Shown here one piece after another: positions 10,962-24,411 of a stretch of DNA of 64,000 bases. Every line of letters starts with the position of its first letter. The first letter of the stretch is position 1. The position numbers were made by a program, and so were the translations under genes. Source of the DNA: Histomonas meleagridis 2922-C6/04-290x (Eukaryota > Protista > Parabasalia); contig JAANOX010000037.1 in NCBI GenBank assembly GCA_020184695.1, positions 186,001-250,000 on the forward strand, written 5' to 3'. The notes below the pieces were generated by a model that was given only the letters and a program-made list of their open reading frames with translations, was not told the DNA's origin and did not search any database.

Positions 10962-12305
10962 TTTTCTTTTTTACCTGATAAAAATTTTGTGCGACAATCA
11001 CATTCAAAAAGTTTTTTGTTCTGAAAAGACCCAATTCAATATTTCCATATTGAATTTTCTGTTTCTGATGTTGGATTGGTTTGCGTAAATCTTTCTAAAA
11101 GTGGCATCACTGTTTTCACAGGCTTGCTGACCACTGTTAATGGTGGACGTTTATTTTTTAAGATCGTTTTTTTATTGATATCTCTAATAATTCTTCATGA
11201 AAACATAACTTAATTTTTGAAGCAATAAAGGCATTATAGGGATAACCATGCCTTCCCAATTTGCCAAATAATAATCAAGAAAAAAGCAAAAAAACATCGG
11301 CTTATTATTTTCTTAGCGATCAGAAATTTTACAACCATTTCACCATACAAACATTTGAATACGCTTTATCAAAAAGTTAAAGGTAACAGTCCGAAACACC
11401 TCCTTTTTTTAATAAAAGCACTCTTGATTTCCAAAAATTTGTTATCCAGTTATAATGTAAAAAAAAATCACTTTTCATAAATAAGTATGACCACATTAAT
11501 AAAATTTTCTCATAAAAACAAAATTATGAATTCAATTTTTGTACAGAATTTTTTTGCTTCAAGTATTGGAACAGAAAATGGGAAAGACAGCATATGGTGT
11601 AATTCAAGTTATAATGTTTATCGGCCAACAGTCATTAACATGATTCTTTCGGAAGGAGCAACGCTCTCATTGAAGATGATCCAATATTTCATATAACTCC
11701 AGGTGGTAGCAATGATAGTAAATTTTCTGGAAGTGAAGAAAGTGAAAGCGGCGAACCAAGCAATGGAATGAAAATTTTGAGATCATTCACAACAATTAGT
11801 TTCGTTCTAGTAATTACTTAATGTGGAATTGATTTAACCTTTAAAAATGTTTAATGATTTGAACCATTAATTAAGGAAAAACTAAGCAAATGATTCTCAC
11901 ATCTTTAAATTATGTATAAAATCTATATAAAAGTATTAAGAGTGATAAATTACATGAAAAATACCTTCTTTGACATTCTCCTTAATTTTTAAAAATTTCA
12001 AGTGAAACTCAAAACTAAATTTGAGATTCCATAATGTGAGTTCACTAATGAACAGTTTGAATGGCATTACAAATTGTGATCTTATATGATTGACAGTTCA
12101 TTGATAGGGCGGGTTGTTTGAGCGTTGCTGGTACATTTTATGTGAAATGGGCTTGGTGTTCTCTAATATTGAAATAGTTGTCTTAAAGCAGAACAAATTT
12201 ATCTGAAAACATTTTTATAATGAATAAAGAGAATGCCGTGGCGGAAATTTTTGAATTTTTATTTAACTATTTAATTGATGATTTGAAATTTCTTTCTTTT
12301 CTTAA

Positions 12306-12794
12306 TTAAGAAGAAAGCATCATATGTACAAACTCGGCATAATCAATGATTCCATCCTTATTAGTGTCTGCTTGGGCGATCATTTCATCTATTTCTTCTT
12401 GTGTTAAAGGTTCGCCTAAATTTTTCATAATATGTGTAAGCTCTGCAACTGAAATTTTCCCGTCGCCATCTTTATCAAATACGCGAAAAGCATCTATTAT
12501 TTCTTCTTCTGTATCACCTTCGCGAAGTTGACGACTCATCATGTAAAGGAATTCATCAAACTCGATTGTTCCATTTCCGTCAATATCTACTTCGTTTACC
12601 ATATCTTGTATTTCAGCCTCAGAAGGATTTTGACCTAATGATCGCATTACAGTTCCTAATTCCTTAGCCGTAATTCTACCATCCCCATCCTTATCGAAGA
12701 TATTGAATGCTTCACGGAATTCTGCAATTTGTTCAGGTGTTAAGTTGAGATCTTCAGACATGTCTTCCGCTTTACAACGGTTGTAAACTGACAT
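12306..12794 (-). CDS. CAM: Calmodulin
   Basis: Four EF hands, [16 protein letters not shown]. Start at ATG 12794 or 12761. Confidence 0.95.
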   Translation of the reverse strand: MSVYNRCKAEDMSEDLNLTPEQIAEFREAFNIFDKDGDGRITAKELGTVMRSLGQNPSEAEIQDMVNEVDIDGNGTIEFDEFLYMMSRQLREGDTEEEIIDAFRVFDKDGDGKISVAELTHIMKNLGEPLTQEEIDEMIAQADTNKDGIIDYAEFVHMMLSS

Positions 12795-13699
12795 TTTTCA
12801 AATAAATGAAGAAATCATGTTATTGGAGTCTAGTTAGAATATTATCTTATGTTTGATATTTGCCGCAGTAAAGGTAATTCCAATTTGACAGTTCCCACTA
12901 AATTGTAAACAAAAAAATCAGAAATTTGTGACATAATTTCATAATCTTTTGTTATATTTTTCAAACACACATACTTTATTTCCTACTGTTCACCATTTAA
13001 TTTATTCCACCTCCGTCCAAACATCTAACTTTCATTTCAAATATTCTTTTCCAGTTTCGATAGAAAATTTTGAATTATTTTTGATCGAAAACAGTAAAAA
13101 AATTTTTTTCATTGCATTAATGCAGAAATTCATTTCTGGTGTTTTATGTTATGAGCTCCGGTAATAAGAAATATTCAAAAAATCTAAAGTTCTCATTTGG
13201 GGACAAAATCATGTTTCCAATAGAACTGTTCACCAAGAAAAATTTCACCCAAAAAAGTTCAAAAAAAGTTTAAACTATATCACATGAAATGAGACTTCAA
13301 AGTACTACTTGAGAACTCTAAAAAAATCAATTAAAACAAGAAAAATGTATGGCAAGAAAGAATATGTTAATACAGATCAAAAAGTCTGTTCAGTAACCCA
13401 CACTACATGAACTATTGTTCTACCACAACATCGAGATCAGACAATAGTTTTAATGATCACATAGGCAAAAACAACGAGATAGATTCAAAACATGGAAAGA
13501 TTATTTTATTGAATTTATGTTATGATTGGAACATAAAATAATAACAAATTTATGTGCTCATAGATGCAAACCAAAATAGCATTATTACATTTATGAATTT
13601 AAATTCAAATTTTTGAATAAAATGAAAAATATCAATCAGAGAGTTCATGAAAACCAGTTATTTCTATTTTAACACTATTGCATTTCAGCAGTGATATCA

Positions 13700-14040
13700 T
13701 TCTTAAATTATCAAAATATTATAAATCATTTAAATAAATATCAAATCATTTAAATATATTAAAAATCATTTAAATTAATCCAAAATTCATAAAATAAAGA
13801 CCAAATCATTTAAATAAATATCAAATCATTTAAATAAATATCAAATCATTTAAATAAATATCAAATCATTTAAATATATTATAAATCATTTAAATTAATC
13901 CAAAATTCATAAAATAAATATCAAATCATTCAAACAAATTATAAATTTTTAAAATAAATTTCAAATTTTCAAAATAAATTTCAAATTTTCAAAATAAATT
14001 TCAAATTTTCAAAATAAATTTCAAATTGTTATAATAAATT
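13700..14040. repeat. Tandem array of ~16 degenerate 20-nt units (caaatcatttaaataaatat / aaaataaatttcaaattttc)
   Basis: Visible 20-nt periodicity. Lies at the last ankyrin junction of locus A. Confidence 0.85.
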
Positions 14041-15666
14041 ACTTGAAGATTAAGGTCAATTCCTTTTTGTTCTTTAAGTAATTTAACAATATCAATATGA
14101 TTATTTTCATTTGCATATATTAATGCAGTTTTTGAAACAAATGAATAAATTCTAAATGATTTAAACAAATGTTAAATTACAAAAAAGCTCATCAAATTAA
14201 ACAAACAAATATCTTTTGTATTAAGATCAATTCCTTTATGTTTAAGAAGTAATTTAACAATATCAAAGTGATTATTTTCCGCTGCATACATAAGTACTGT
14301 TTTATATCATTAAAATGAATTCCAAATTAATAAAATAAATATTAAATTCTTATAATAGATACGAAATTAAACAATTAATCATTATGAGCATTAACATCAA
14401 TTCCTTTCTGATCAAGAAGTAATTTAACTATATCAATGTGATTATTTTCATAAGCAATAAGAAGTGCTGTTTCAAATCATTTAAATAAATGTTAAATTTA
14501 AATGATAAATATTAAATCACTATAATCAATATCATATTAAAAAATTAAATATCTTTTATATTAATATCAATTTTGTCTTGTTCTAGAAGTAATTTAACAA
14601 TGTCAAAGTGATTATTTTCAGCAGCATAAATAAGTGCTGTTTTATATCATTAAAATGAATTCCAAATTAATAAAATAAATATTAATATTAAAAAAAGGAA
14701 AAAAATGTTTTTTATATTAACATTAATTTCTTTTTGTTCAAGAAGTATTTTAACAATTTCAAAATAACCATTTTCTGCAGCATCTATAAGCGCTGTTTTA
14801 AATCATTATAATAAATACAAAAGGATTTAAATATATCCAAAATTATATTAATAAACATTTTTTTCATTAATATTAACTTCATTTTGTTCAATAAATAATT
14901 TGACAATTTGAAGATTACCATTTTCAGATGCATACATAAATGCTGTATAAAATGATTATAATAAAAATCAAACACATAAAATATATATTAAATTATTACA
15001 TTAAATATCAATTTGTTTTAATAAACATCTTTTATATTAGAATTAATATATTTTTGTTTGAGAAGTAATTTAACAATTTCTAAATAATTATTTTTAGTTG
15101 CATATATAAGTGCTGTTTCAAATTATGGAATTAAATTCCAAATGAATAAAACAAATAACAAAATATTCAAATAAATATCGAATTTATCATACAAATATTT
15201 GTTTGATTAATATTTATTTCTTTTTGTTGTAGTAATAATTTAACGACTTCAATATATCCATTATCAGCTGCATACATAAGTGCTGTTTCAAATCATTGGA
15301 ATAAGCACCAAATAATAAAAGCAAACTAAAAATTATATATACTAACATTAAATATAGTAAATAAATATTTGTTTCGTTAATATTAATTCCTTTTTGTTCG
15401 AAAAGTAATTTAACTACTTCAACATAACCATTTTCAGATGCATACATAAGTGCTGTTTTAAATAATTTAAATAAGTTCCATATGATTAATATTGATATTA
15501 AATAATGTGATTAAATATTTTTGGCATTAATATCAATTCCTTTTTGTTCTAAAAGTAATTTAACCATTTCAACATAACCATTTTCAGATGCATACATAAG
15601 TGCTGTTTGAAACAATGAAAAGAAACGCCAAATCAATGATATAATCGGAATAAACGCGAAAAATAA
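14040..15666 (-). repeat. Locus A ankyrin cassette array (10 cassettes with inserts)
   Basis: TAL motifs at about 15601, 15451, 15281, 15111, 14941, 14791, 14635, 14465, 14295, 14124; periods 150, 170, 170, 170, 150, 156, 170, 170, 171. Confidence 0.9.
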
Positions 15667-17187
15667 TTAATTTATGTTTTTCATATTGATATCGATTTCC
15701 TTTTGTTGAATAGTATATTTTAATAATTCTAAATTTCCTGCATAAACTGAGTCAAGAATATTAATTTTTATATTACTTTTATATTGTAAATACGATACAA
15801 GAAATATATTTCCTGTTAATACAGCATTTTCTAACATTGAACAATTGATTTTCATTCCTTCATTTTCTAAAAATGAAAAAATTTCAAAATTATTATATTT
15901 TACACATTTAATTCCTAATACAGCTAAATCATTAATTTTTATCATATTCTTTTCATAGAAATAATGAAAAACATCATTTCGATGGAATTTAATTGCTGTT
16001 TCATAAACATCTTCAAATTTCGTATGATACTGTTCACATAAATGAATAATTTCTAAGTTTCCACCTGCAATTGCATATTTACCTGTTTTATTTACAGTAG
16101 CTTCATTCATAAGTAAATATTTAAAACATTTAATAGAAGAAAAAAATGCTGCATAATCAATTAATGTAACATTTTCTTCATTAATAAATGAACATCTTTC
16201 ATAAAGCGATGGTTCAATTGTTTGATTAAAATCAAAATTTGGTTGTGATGATATTTCTTGAAGTTTTTCAATTTCATCATTTCGAATGATTTTTGATATT
16301 TTACTTGGATTAACTCCTTCTTTAATTAATTGCTTATGAAGTTCCCAATCATTCTTTGAAAGTTCATCAATGTTTGTAATGAATTGTCGGTAAAAGAGTG
16401 GTTGGTTATAATATGTAAGAGTATTACTTCTTTTAATTTGTTCTTTTGTTTTAAAATAACAGAAATAAAACGAATCTTTATGTTGAACAATTTCTTGATC
16501 AATTAATTCTTGTTCTATCAACTTTTGAAGAAGATAATTTGATTCTTGTGTATTATATTTGATTAAAAACTTACCAAAAACAGAAAATATTTGTGAACTT
16601 TTTGCTTCTAATTTTTCATGTTTTTCGATTTCTGTTAAATATTCAAAGAAAACATTAAATTCTTCTTTTCTTGATATAAAAGAATAATAAACAAAACGAC
16701 ATATTGCAAAATTAAATGAGTATGGAAAAGATCGTTGGAATAAACTCATTGTGTTTTGAACGGATATATCAACATTTGATTTATTTAAATTGTCTATTAT
16801 ATTTTCAATATTTATCATACTTTGAAGTTGGGATTTTTTTTCTTCAAATGTTTTTGTGTCCTTTTTATGAGATACATTATCTTCATTAATGTCTGATTGA
16901 TTTCTTTCATCAGTTGATTCACTTTGAGTTTTTTGAAAATTGTAAAAATTTATTAACATTAGATTTTGATTAACTAAAACATTGATTAAAAGAATAAAAA
17001 GATTAATGAGTTTGGAATTACTTTCATTGTGAAATATTTTGAGAAAAGTTTTAATTTGATTATGAAAGTTCTTTGTTTGTTCTTGACCTGGCATTAAACA
17101 GCCATCTTCTATACTTTTGGCGTATGTGAACAGTTTAGAGAATTCTGGTATGTTTTCGTAATTTTCCATTGATGAAACCTTATTCAC
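15667..17187 (-). CDS. DUF3447-ankyrin protein, head ORF of locus A
   Basis: NDWELHK..GVNP..IIRNDEIEKL..FDFNQTIEPSLYERC..TLIDYAAFF..CFKYL..AIAGGNLEII signature. True start uncertain. Confidence 0.85.
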   Translation of the reverse strand: MNKVSSMENYENIPEFSKLFTYAKSIEDGCLMPGQEQTKNFHNQIKTFLKIFHNESNSKLINLFILLINVLVNQNLMLINFYNFQKTQSESTDERNQSDINEDNVSHKKDTKTFEEKKSQLQSMINIENIIDNLNKSNVDISVQNTMSLFQRSFPYSFNFAICRFVYYSFISRKEEFNVFFEYLTEIEKHEKLEAKSSQIFSVFGKFLIKYNTQESNYLLQKLIEQELIDQEIVQHKDSFYFCYFKTKEQIKRSNTLTYYNQPLFYRQFITNIDELSKNDWELHKQLIKEGVNPSKISKIIRNDEIEKLQEISSQPNFDFNQTIEPSLYERCSFINEENVTLIDYAAFFSSIKCFKYLLMNEATVNKTGKYAIAGGNLEIIHLCEQYHTKFEDVYETAIKFHRNDVFHYFYEKNMIKINDLAVLGIKCVKYNNFEIFSFLENEGMKINCSMLENAVLTGNIFLVSYLQYKSNIKINILDSVYAGNLELLKYTIQQKEIDINMKNIN

Positions 17188-17329
17188 TGTTTAAACTGAC
17201 AAGAATTGGTTGAGAGCTAACGATCGAATATAATTCAAATATGAAATTCTTGAAATAAAAGTGCCATATGGCAGACATGTCTTTCAAATTTTGAATGGTT
17301 TCAACAACTGCTGTGCTGACAACATTAAC

Positions 17330-17910
17330 ATGAATGTTTCTATTAAAATATGTTTTAATGTTTTGATATTTTTAAATAATATTTAGAAATTTATTAAATT
17401 ATTTAAAACATCATTAATGATAGCAACTATAAAAGGTTATATAGGAATTGTTCAATTTCCTATAGAACAAGAAGGAATTAATTTTAGACTAAAAGATATT
17501 CGTATGTATTATACAAAATTGATATTGTAATTTTGTGTTTTTATAAGAAATTTGGAATTTAATCGTTTTATTTGATACCGCACTTTTATTGGCTTCGCAA
17601 AATGATCAAACTGAAATATTTAAAATACTTCTTAAGAAAGAAAAAAACATTAATAACATCAACATTGTTTTTGTTTATTTTGGAATTTAATTAAATTATT
17701 TAAAACACCACTTATTGAAGCAGTTGCAAATAGATATTTTGAAATGGATAAGTTACTTCTTGAACAAAAAGGAATTGATGTTAATGCTAAAGATATTTAA
17801 TCATTATTAAACAATGATTATTTATAAAATTATTTATAAAATTTTAATATTTCCAAAGAATTTGGAAATTATTTAAAACAGCACTTATATTCACAAAGAA
17901 ATAGTTGATT
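17330..17910 (+). pseudogene. Orphan degenerate ankyrin cassette array (4 cassettes, no head)
   Basis: TSL/TAL/TPL/TAL at 17408, 17577, 17705, 17878 with insert-like spacers; last cassette truncated. Confidence 0.7.
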
Positions 17911-18124
17911 TATTATATTCTAAATAATTCTAGAAATGATTTACACATAAATTCCTTTTATAAAAAATTTACACATCTAAAAAATTAATTTTCTATCACA
18001 TTTTGAATTAAATGCAAATAAAAAATGTTTTATTTTTTTGCAAAACTGTATTTCCTTCGTATCGTTTGCCGATGGACTCATTCTGAAGTTTATCAAAAAC
18101 ACAATTTTGGATATTTTAATAATA

Positions 18125-18485
18125 AATATAAAAAATAATCATATGTTTTTATTCAAAAATAAATACAGACGAGCGCCACTTCGTATAAAAGTTGCATTTG
18201 CATAAATCTTGGAGAAGTTGTTTTTTTCATATATTTTCACTTTTTCTCAAAAATTTCAAAAAAAATGATACAGATAATAGTTTAGAAAATAAACATATCT
18301 AACATACAATATTACTATATAGGAAATATTCCAAAATTCCCGAAAAAGTATGTTCGAAATCATATCGAATTTGGAAAGATTGAAAAGTCAAAATTTCATA
18401 ACGAGGGTATTTTTGCAATCTACTGCCGATGCCATTATTAACATAAAATTATCGTTGAAAAAATATTGCAGGATTTGAAGTTTGA
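18125..18485 (+). repeat. Dispersed ~350-bp repeat, copy 2
   Basis: Matches 5250-5610; no transposase nearby. Confidence 0.8.
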
Positions 18486-18659
18486 GGATCTCCCTGAGAA
18501 CATTTCTTAATATAATTATTATTCTTCACATTTTTATTGATTTCTTATCTGAAAATGCTTTTTTTATTATTTTGAAACGACCGTTTACATGCGAAATGGA
18601 TGGGATCTCGTTATCTTCTGAATTGTAATATAAAAAACATACCATTTTAATAATAATAA

Positions 18660-20528
18660 TAATTTAGTGAATATCATTTCCTTTTTGTTCAAGAAGTAAT
18701 TTAACTATTTCTGTATGACCTTTTGAAGATGCTCTAATAAGTGCTGTTCTAAATAATTTAAATAATTTCCAAATATTATTATGAAATATTAAATTATTAA
18801 AATAAATATAAAATAAAACAAATAAATATCTTTAGCATTAATATCAATTCCTTCTTGTTCAAGAAGTAATTTAACTATTTCTGTATGACCTTTTGAAGAT
18901 GCTCTAATAAGTGCTGTCCAAAATAATTTAAATAATTTCCAAATATTATTTTGAAATATTAAATTATTAAAATAAATTTCAAATAAAACAAATAAATATC
19001 TTTAGCATTAATATCAATTCCTTCTTGTTCAAGAAGTAATTTAACTATTTCTGTATGACCATTATAAGATGCAAACATAAGTGCTGTTATAAATAATTTA
19101 AATATTTTCCAAATATTATTTTGAAATATAAAATTATTAAAATAAATTTCAAATAAAACAAATAAATATTTTTAGCATTAATATCAATTCCTTCTTGTTC
19201 AAGAAGTAATTTAACTATTTCTGTATGACCATTATAAGATGCATTCATAAGTGCTGTATTAAATAATTTAAATAATTTCCAAATATTATTTTAAAATATG
19301 AAATTATTAAAATAAATTTTAAACAAAACAAATAAATATCTTTATGATTTACATCAATTCCATGTTTTAAAAAGTATTTAATTAATTGTTCATGATTATA
19401 CTTTGATGCCCATAAAAATGCTTTTTCAAAAAAATTAATGAAATTTTAAATAAATATTTATCACATAGAATTATGTAATTTAACATCATCATTCTCAATC
19501 TTAATTCCTTTTTGTTTGATGAGCCATTTCACTACTATAGGGTTTCCATATCCAAGAAATTGGGAAAAAGTACTTTTTTATCATTTTTCCTTCATAAAAT
19601 ATATGTATAAAATGGAAGATTATGCAAACTTAATGCACCAGCTTGGAGTGAAAGATTTAATTTTTGATAAAACCTTCTTTCTCTAAAAAGATAAAATTTC
19701 ATAATTAATGTGTTTTAAGCATTGTATTCCTAATTCATTTAAATCTTTGTTAATGATTAAGTTTTTTCTTTCTTCAAATTTTTGATTTCTTTCATCATAA
19801 AAATAATAAAAAACGTCATTTCGATGAAATTGAATTGCTGTTTCTAATACATAGCTAATAGTAGAATTATTTTGTATGAATAAATGAATAATTTCTAAAT
19901 TTCCGCCTGCAATCGCCTATTTTACTGTATTTTTTTAACATTTGATCCATTAATTAATAAAAAAACTTAAAACATTTAATTGACTTATAAAATGCACAAA
20001 AAATCAATTAATGAAACATTTTTTTATGATTAACAAATGAATGTTTTTTTCATAAGATGATGGTTCAATTGTTTGATTGAAGTCAAATTTATTTTTGAGT
20101 TGACATTTTTTTAGATAATAAAAAAGATTTGAAGGTATCATTTTATGGTCGTTCATTTCGTTAAGAAGACATTCTGATTCACTTGTATTTTTTATGTAAA
20201 GATAAATGGTTAATACCTTAAGTAGTTTTGGAAAACTTAAATTTTTTGTATTTGATAACAAGTTTAAAAATGAAATGTATAATTTTGCATCTTTATTTTG
20301 CGTAAAATAAGCCATATAAATACACTGAGTAATATAAAATTCATAGAGTAAAGGACAACTTGGTGGAACTTCTAATACTTTTGAAACTTTCTGAGAAATT
20401 AATTCGAGATTATTTTCATTTAATTTCAAAAACAACTTTTCAATTGCAAGAGCTTCATCAGGAACGAGTTGCAAAACTGATGGACTTGGTGGAGGAGGAA
20501 CGTCCATAAAAATTATAGAAACGATCAT
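18660..20528 (-). pseudogene. DUF3447-ankyrin locus B (degraded head, 5 intact cassettes)
   Basis: Head ORF 20004-20528 lacks the NDWELHK block and is frameshifted. Cassettes at 19419, 19252, 19082, 18912, 18742 (periods 167, 170, 170, 170). Confidence 0.8.
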
Positions 20529-21819
20529 AAGTCACTCAATTTATCAAAAAGTGAATTCAAAGTGTTGCTGGAATGAGGAAGAATTAATCCCAGTAAATAT
20601 ACTGATCTCAATAAATACAAACCAAATATGATTCGCCATACTGTTATGTATGTTGCGAGGTTCACAAAGCCTTCGAGCAATTGGCATTTTCCGGACATAC
20701 TGGAATATCATAACATTTATCACCGCACATAGTATTATTCATAGCTGAAATAGCTACCATAGATTCAGTCTCGAATACTTCAAGTATTCTTTTTTTATTC
20801 ATTGAAGGCATTCTTTATTAATAAATTAATTTCTTCTTATATTTTATGTCATTTCCCATGCACGGCAGCTTCAGGGTTAAATACCTTGTAATACATAGAA
20901 TGAACAGTGTACTGTTACGATTCTTGTTTATCCAAAGCCCATAATGTTCATCGATCCTACTTCTCTGGAGTATCATCTTTCTCACACAGCTAAAGCACCT
21001 GCTGGTATTTTTTTAAATTCATAATAAACAATTATAATCAGGAACGTGAAATTTATTAATTCAATTTAACATACTGATTTTTCAAAAAAAATTCGGGTAG
21101 TTATTTTAGCAATCATTATTACAACATTAGTATGAATTCATATCTTATGGGAACAAGATTTATGTACATCATTATATGACGAGTCATACATATTCATATT
21201 ATCAAATTTATTATATTCGTTATTTTACACTTAGAAATATACATGAATATAGCAATGATAATCAGGTAAAAACAATAATAATATTTGATTGCATTATAGA
21301 AATTCTTATTGTTTTTATAGTTATAATAATTTTCAAACGAAATTAACTAGGAATTAATTCATGATACTGTATTAACAATTACACACTTATTGAAGAAGAT
21401 CCTTCTGCAAATGATTTTTAAAAGATAATATCATTTGAAATGTGTAGAACAAATGCAATTCTAAAAATCATTTATTCAATAAGGAAAAAATAATGCACAT
21501 TTATTAATCATTTGTTTCATATATATAAATAAAATATTTATTACACCATTGATAAATAAAATACATTATTCTAATTAAACAAACTATTCCATCATATTAC
21601 AATCACTTTGTTTGAAATTGCCTTGCAAGGCAGTGGAGTAAATTATTTCTTTTATAAAATATCATTATACCATTATACTATAAATATATATAATGAGAAA
21701 CGCAATTTTATTGAGTTTATCTATTTCAATATATTTTGATTTATAATTAAATGATCCTTGACCATTCTGATTAGACGGAAGATGGAAAATATATTGAACA
21801 AATAATTATTTAATTGGGT

Positions 21820-24411
21820 TTAAGTTATTGCTCCTTTTTCACTAAGTAATTTGATTATTACAATATCTACATAAAAATGTGCAATTTTTAGTGCTGTATT
21901 ATATAATCTAAATAAATTCCAAATAATATTTTGAATTTTCAAACTATTAAATTAAATATCATCTCTAGCATTGATATCAATTCCTTTTTGTTCAAGAAGT
22001 AATTTGACCATTTCTGTATTTCTATTTTTTGCAGCACTAATAAGTGCCGTTTTAAATAATATTGGAAAATTCCATTTGTTTTTATGGGATACCATATAAA
22101 TGAAAAAAGTTTTAAATAAAATATTTTAATATATTTAATATTAATATCAATTTCTTGATGTTTAAGTAGAATTTTGACTATTTCTTTGTTTCCATGATTT
22201 ACTGCGATGATCAAAGCTGTATTAAATAATTTGATTCATTTCCAAATAATATATTGATATTTCAAATTATAAAAAATAATATTATCTTTAGCATTAATTT
22301 CTATTCCTTCTTGTTTAGAAAGTAATTTAACTATTTTTATATTATTTCTTGATGATGCATAAGTTAGAGCTGTACAAAATTCTTTAGATAATCTCCAATT
22401 ATTGTTTTGATATTTTAAGTTGTAAAAATTAATATTGTCTTTTGCATTGATATCAATTTCTTTATGTGTAATAAGTATTTTGACAGTTTCTATAATATTA
22501 TTAAAAGATGCAATAATAAGTGCTGTTTTAAATGTTTTAAAGAATTTCCATATAATATTTTGAAACATAAAATTCTTTAGTTAAATTTTTTATTATACAA
22601 TTAAATATCTCTAGCGTTGATATCAATGCCATTTTGTTCAAGAAGTAATTTAACTATTTCTGAATTACGATTTTTAGATCCATGAATGAGTGCTGTTTTA
22701 AATAAAATGTTAAATTTCCAAAAGTTTTAATATAACATCAATTTTTATAAACAAATCTTAAACATATGAAATAGACATCTTTAGCGCTGATATCAATGTC
22801 TTTTTGTTCAAGAAGTAATTTGAGGATTTCTGTCTGACCTCTTTCGGATGCCAAAATTAGCACTGTTTTATGTTTTTGAAATAATTTCCAAATATAATTT
22901 TGAAAAATTAAATTATTAAAACAGACATTAAATAAAATAAATATAGATCTTTATCGTTGATGTTAATTTTTTCTTGTTCAAGAAGTAATTTAACTATATC
23001 ACTATGCCCTTTTTCGGTTGCTGAAATTAAAGCAGAATAATAACATTTGAATAATTTCCAAATGTTAAGATGAAACTTTAGATAATCAAAACAAATTTCA
23101 AATAAAACAAATAAATATCTTTAGTATTTACATCAATTCCTTCTTGAGAAAGAAGAAATTTAACTATTTCTACATGATTTTTCTCCGTTGCTATCATAAG
23201 TGCTTTACAAAATTATATTTTGAATTCCAATTTAACCAAATTAAATTTCAAATAAACTATATAGAGATTTTCTTTAATACTATTATTATTTCTTTCTTTT
23301 TCTAGTAATGTTTTCGTAATTTCTGTATTACCTATCGAAGATGCCCAAATGAGTGCTGTATTAAATGGATAAGTTTAATTTCAGATACTAATTAAAAATA
23401 TCATTTCATTAAATTAAATATTAAATAAAATAAATTAATATCTTTAGCATTGATGTCAATATCTTTTTGTTCAAGAAGAATTTTAAATATATCAATATAG
23501 CCTTTTTCGATTGCTTTTATAAGTGCTGTTTTAAATATTTCAAATAATTTCCAAACATTAATTAAAAATATCATTTTATTAAAATAAATATTACACAAAA
23601 TAAATTAATATCTTTAGCATTGATGTCAATATCTTTTTGTTCAAGAAGAATTTTGACTGTTTCAATATGACCATTACCAGATGCAATCATAAATGATGAC
23701 ATATGAAGTCTTATTGAATTCCAAATAATGTCTTAAAATTTTAATTCATTAAAATATATATTAAATATAACATTAAAATATTTTTAACACTGATATCAAT
23801 TCCTTTTTGAGAAAGAAGTAATTGAACAAAATCTATATATCCATTTGATGCTGCCATTATGAGTGCTGTATTAAATAATTTGAATAATTCCCAATTAATG
23901 TTTTAAAATATTAAACTATTATAATAAAATTTGAATAAAATGATGAAATATCTTTAGTATTGATATCAATTCCTTTTTGAGAAAGAAGTAGTTGAACTAT
24001 TTCAATATGATAATTCCAAATAGCACAAAGAAGTGCTGTCCAAAATAATTTAAACAATTTTCGAATCTCAAATTAAAACTTTAACTTATACAAAAAAATT
24101 GTAAGCAAAACATATATATATATTCTTTATCATTTATATTAATACCTTTTTTAATAAGTACTTTTGCTATTTCTGTATAACCATTTGAAGAAGCCCAAAT
24201 GAGTGCTGTATTATGTAAATTAATTGATTTCCAACAATTATTTAAAAACTTTTAATTAACATAATAATCATCAAATAAAACAAACAAAAATCCGTTTCTT
24301 TAATACTAATTCCTTTTTGCTCAAGAAGTAATTTGACTATATCTCTTTGATTTTTTTCAGTTGCTTTTATAAGTGCTGTTTTAAACAATTTATATAATTT
24401 CCTAATATTAT
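21820..24411 (-). repeat. Locus C ankyrin cassette array (16 cassettes)
   Basis: Periods 11x170 and 4x153. Final cassette TALKIAHFYVDIVIIKLLSEKGAIT, stop at 21820. Confidence 0.9.

Noticed and set aside
11480-11830. Coding-like segment (EDDPIFHITPGGSNDSKFSG..)
   Set aside because: Short, broken and without a recognisable domain.
14635-14715. Simple programmed -1 frameshift through the spacers
   Set aside because: Spacers occur in all three phases, and in-frame ones contain stops (TAA TGA just before Y-K-T).
20600-21010. GC-richer stretch with a Cys-rich 49-aa ORF
   Set aside because: No family match; probably a decayed remnant.
21820-24411. 170-bp periodic arrays as CRISPR repeat-spacer arrays
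   Set aside because: The repeated part encodes ankyrin repeats with synonymous variation, the context is eukaryotic and there are no cas genes.
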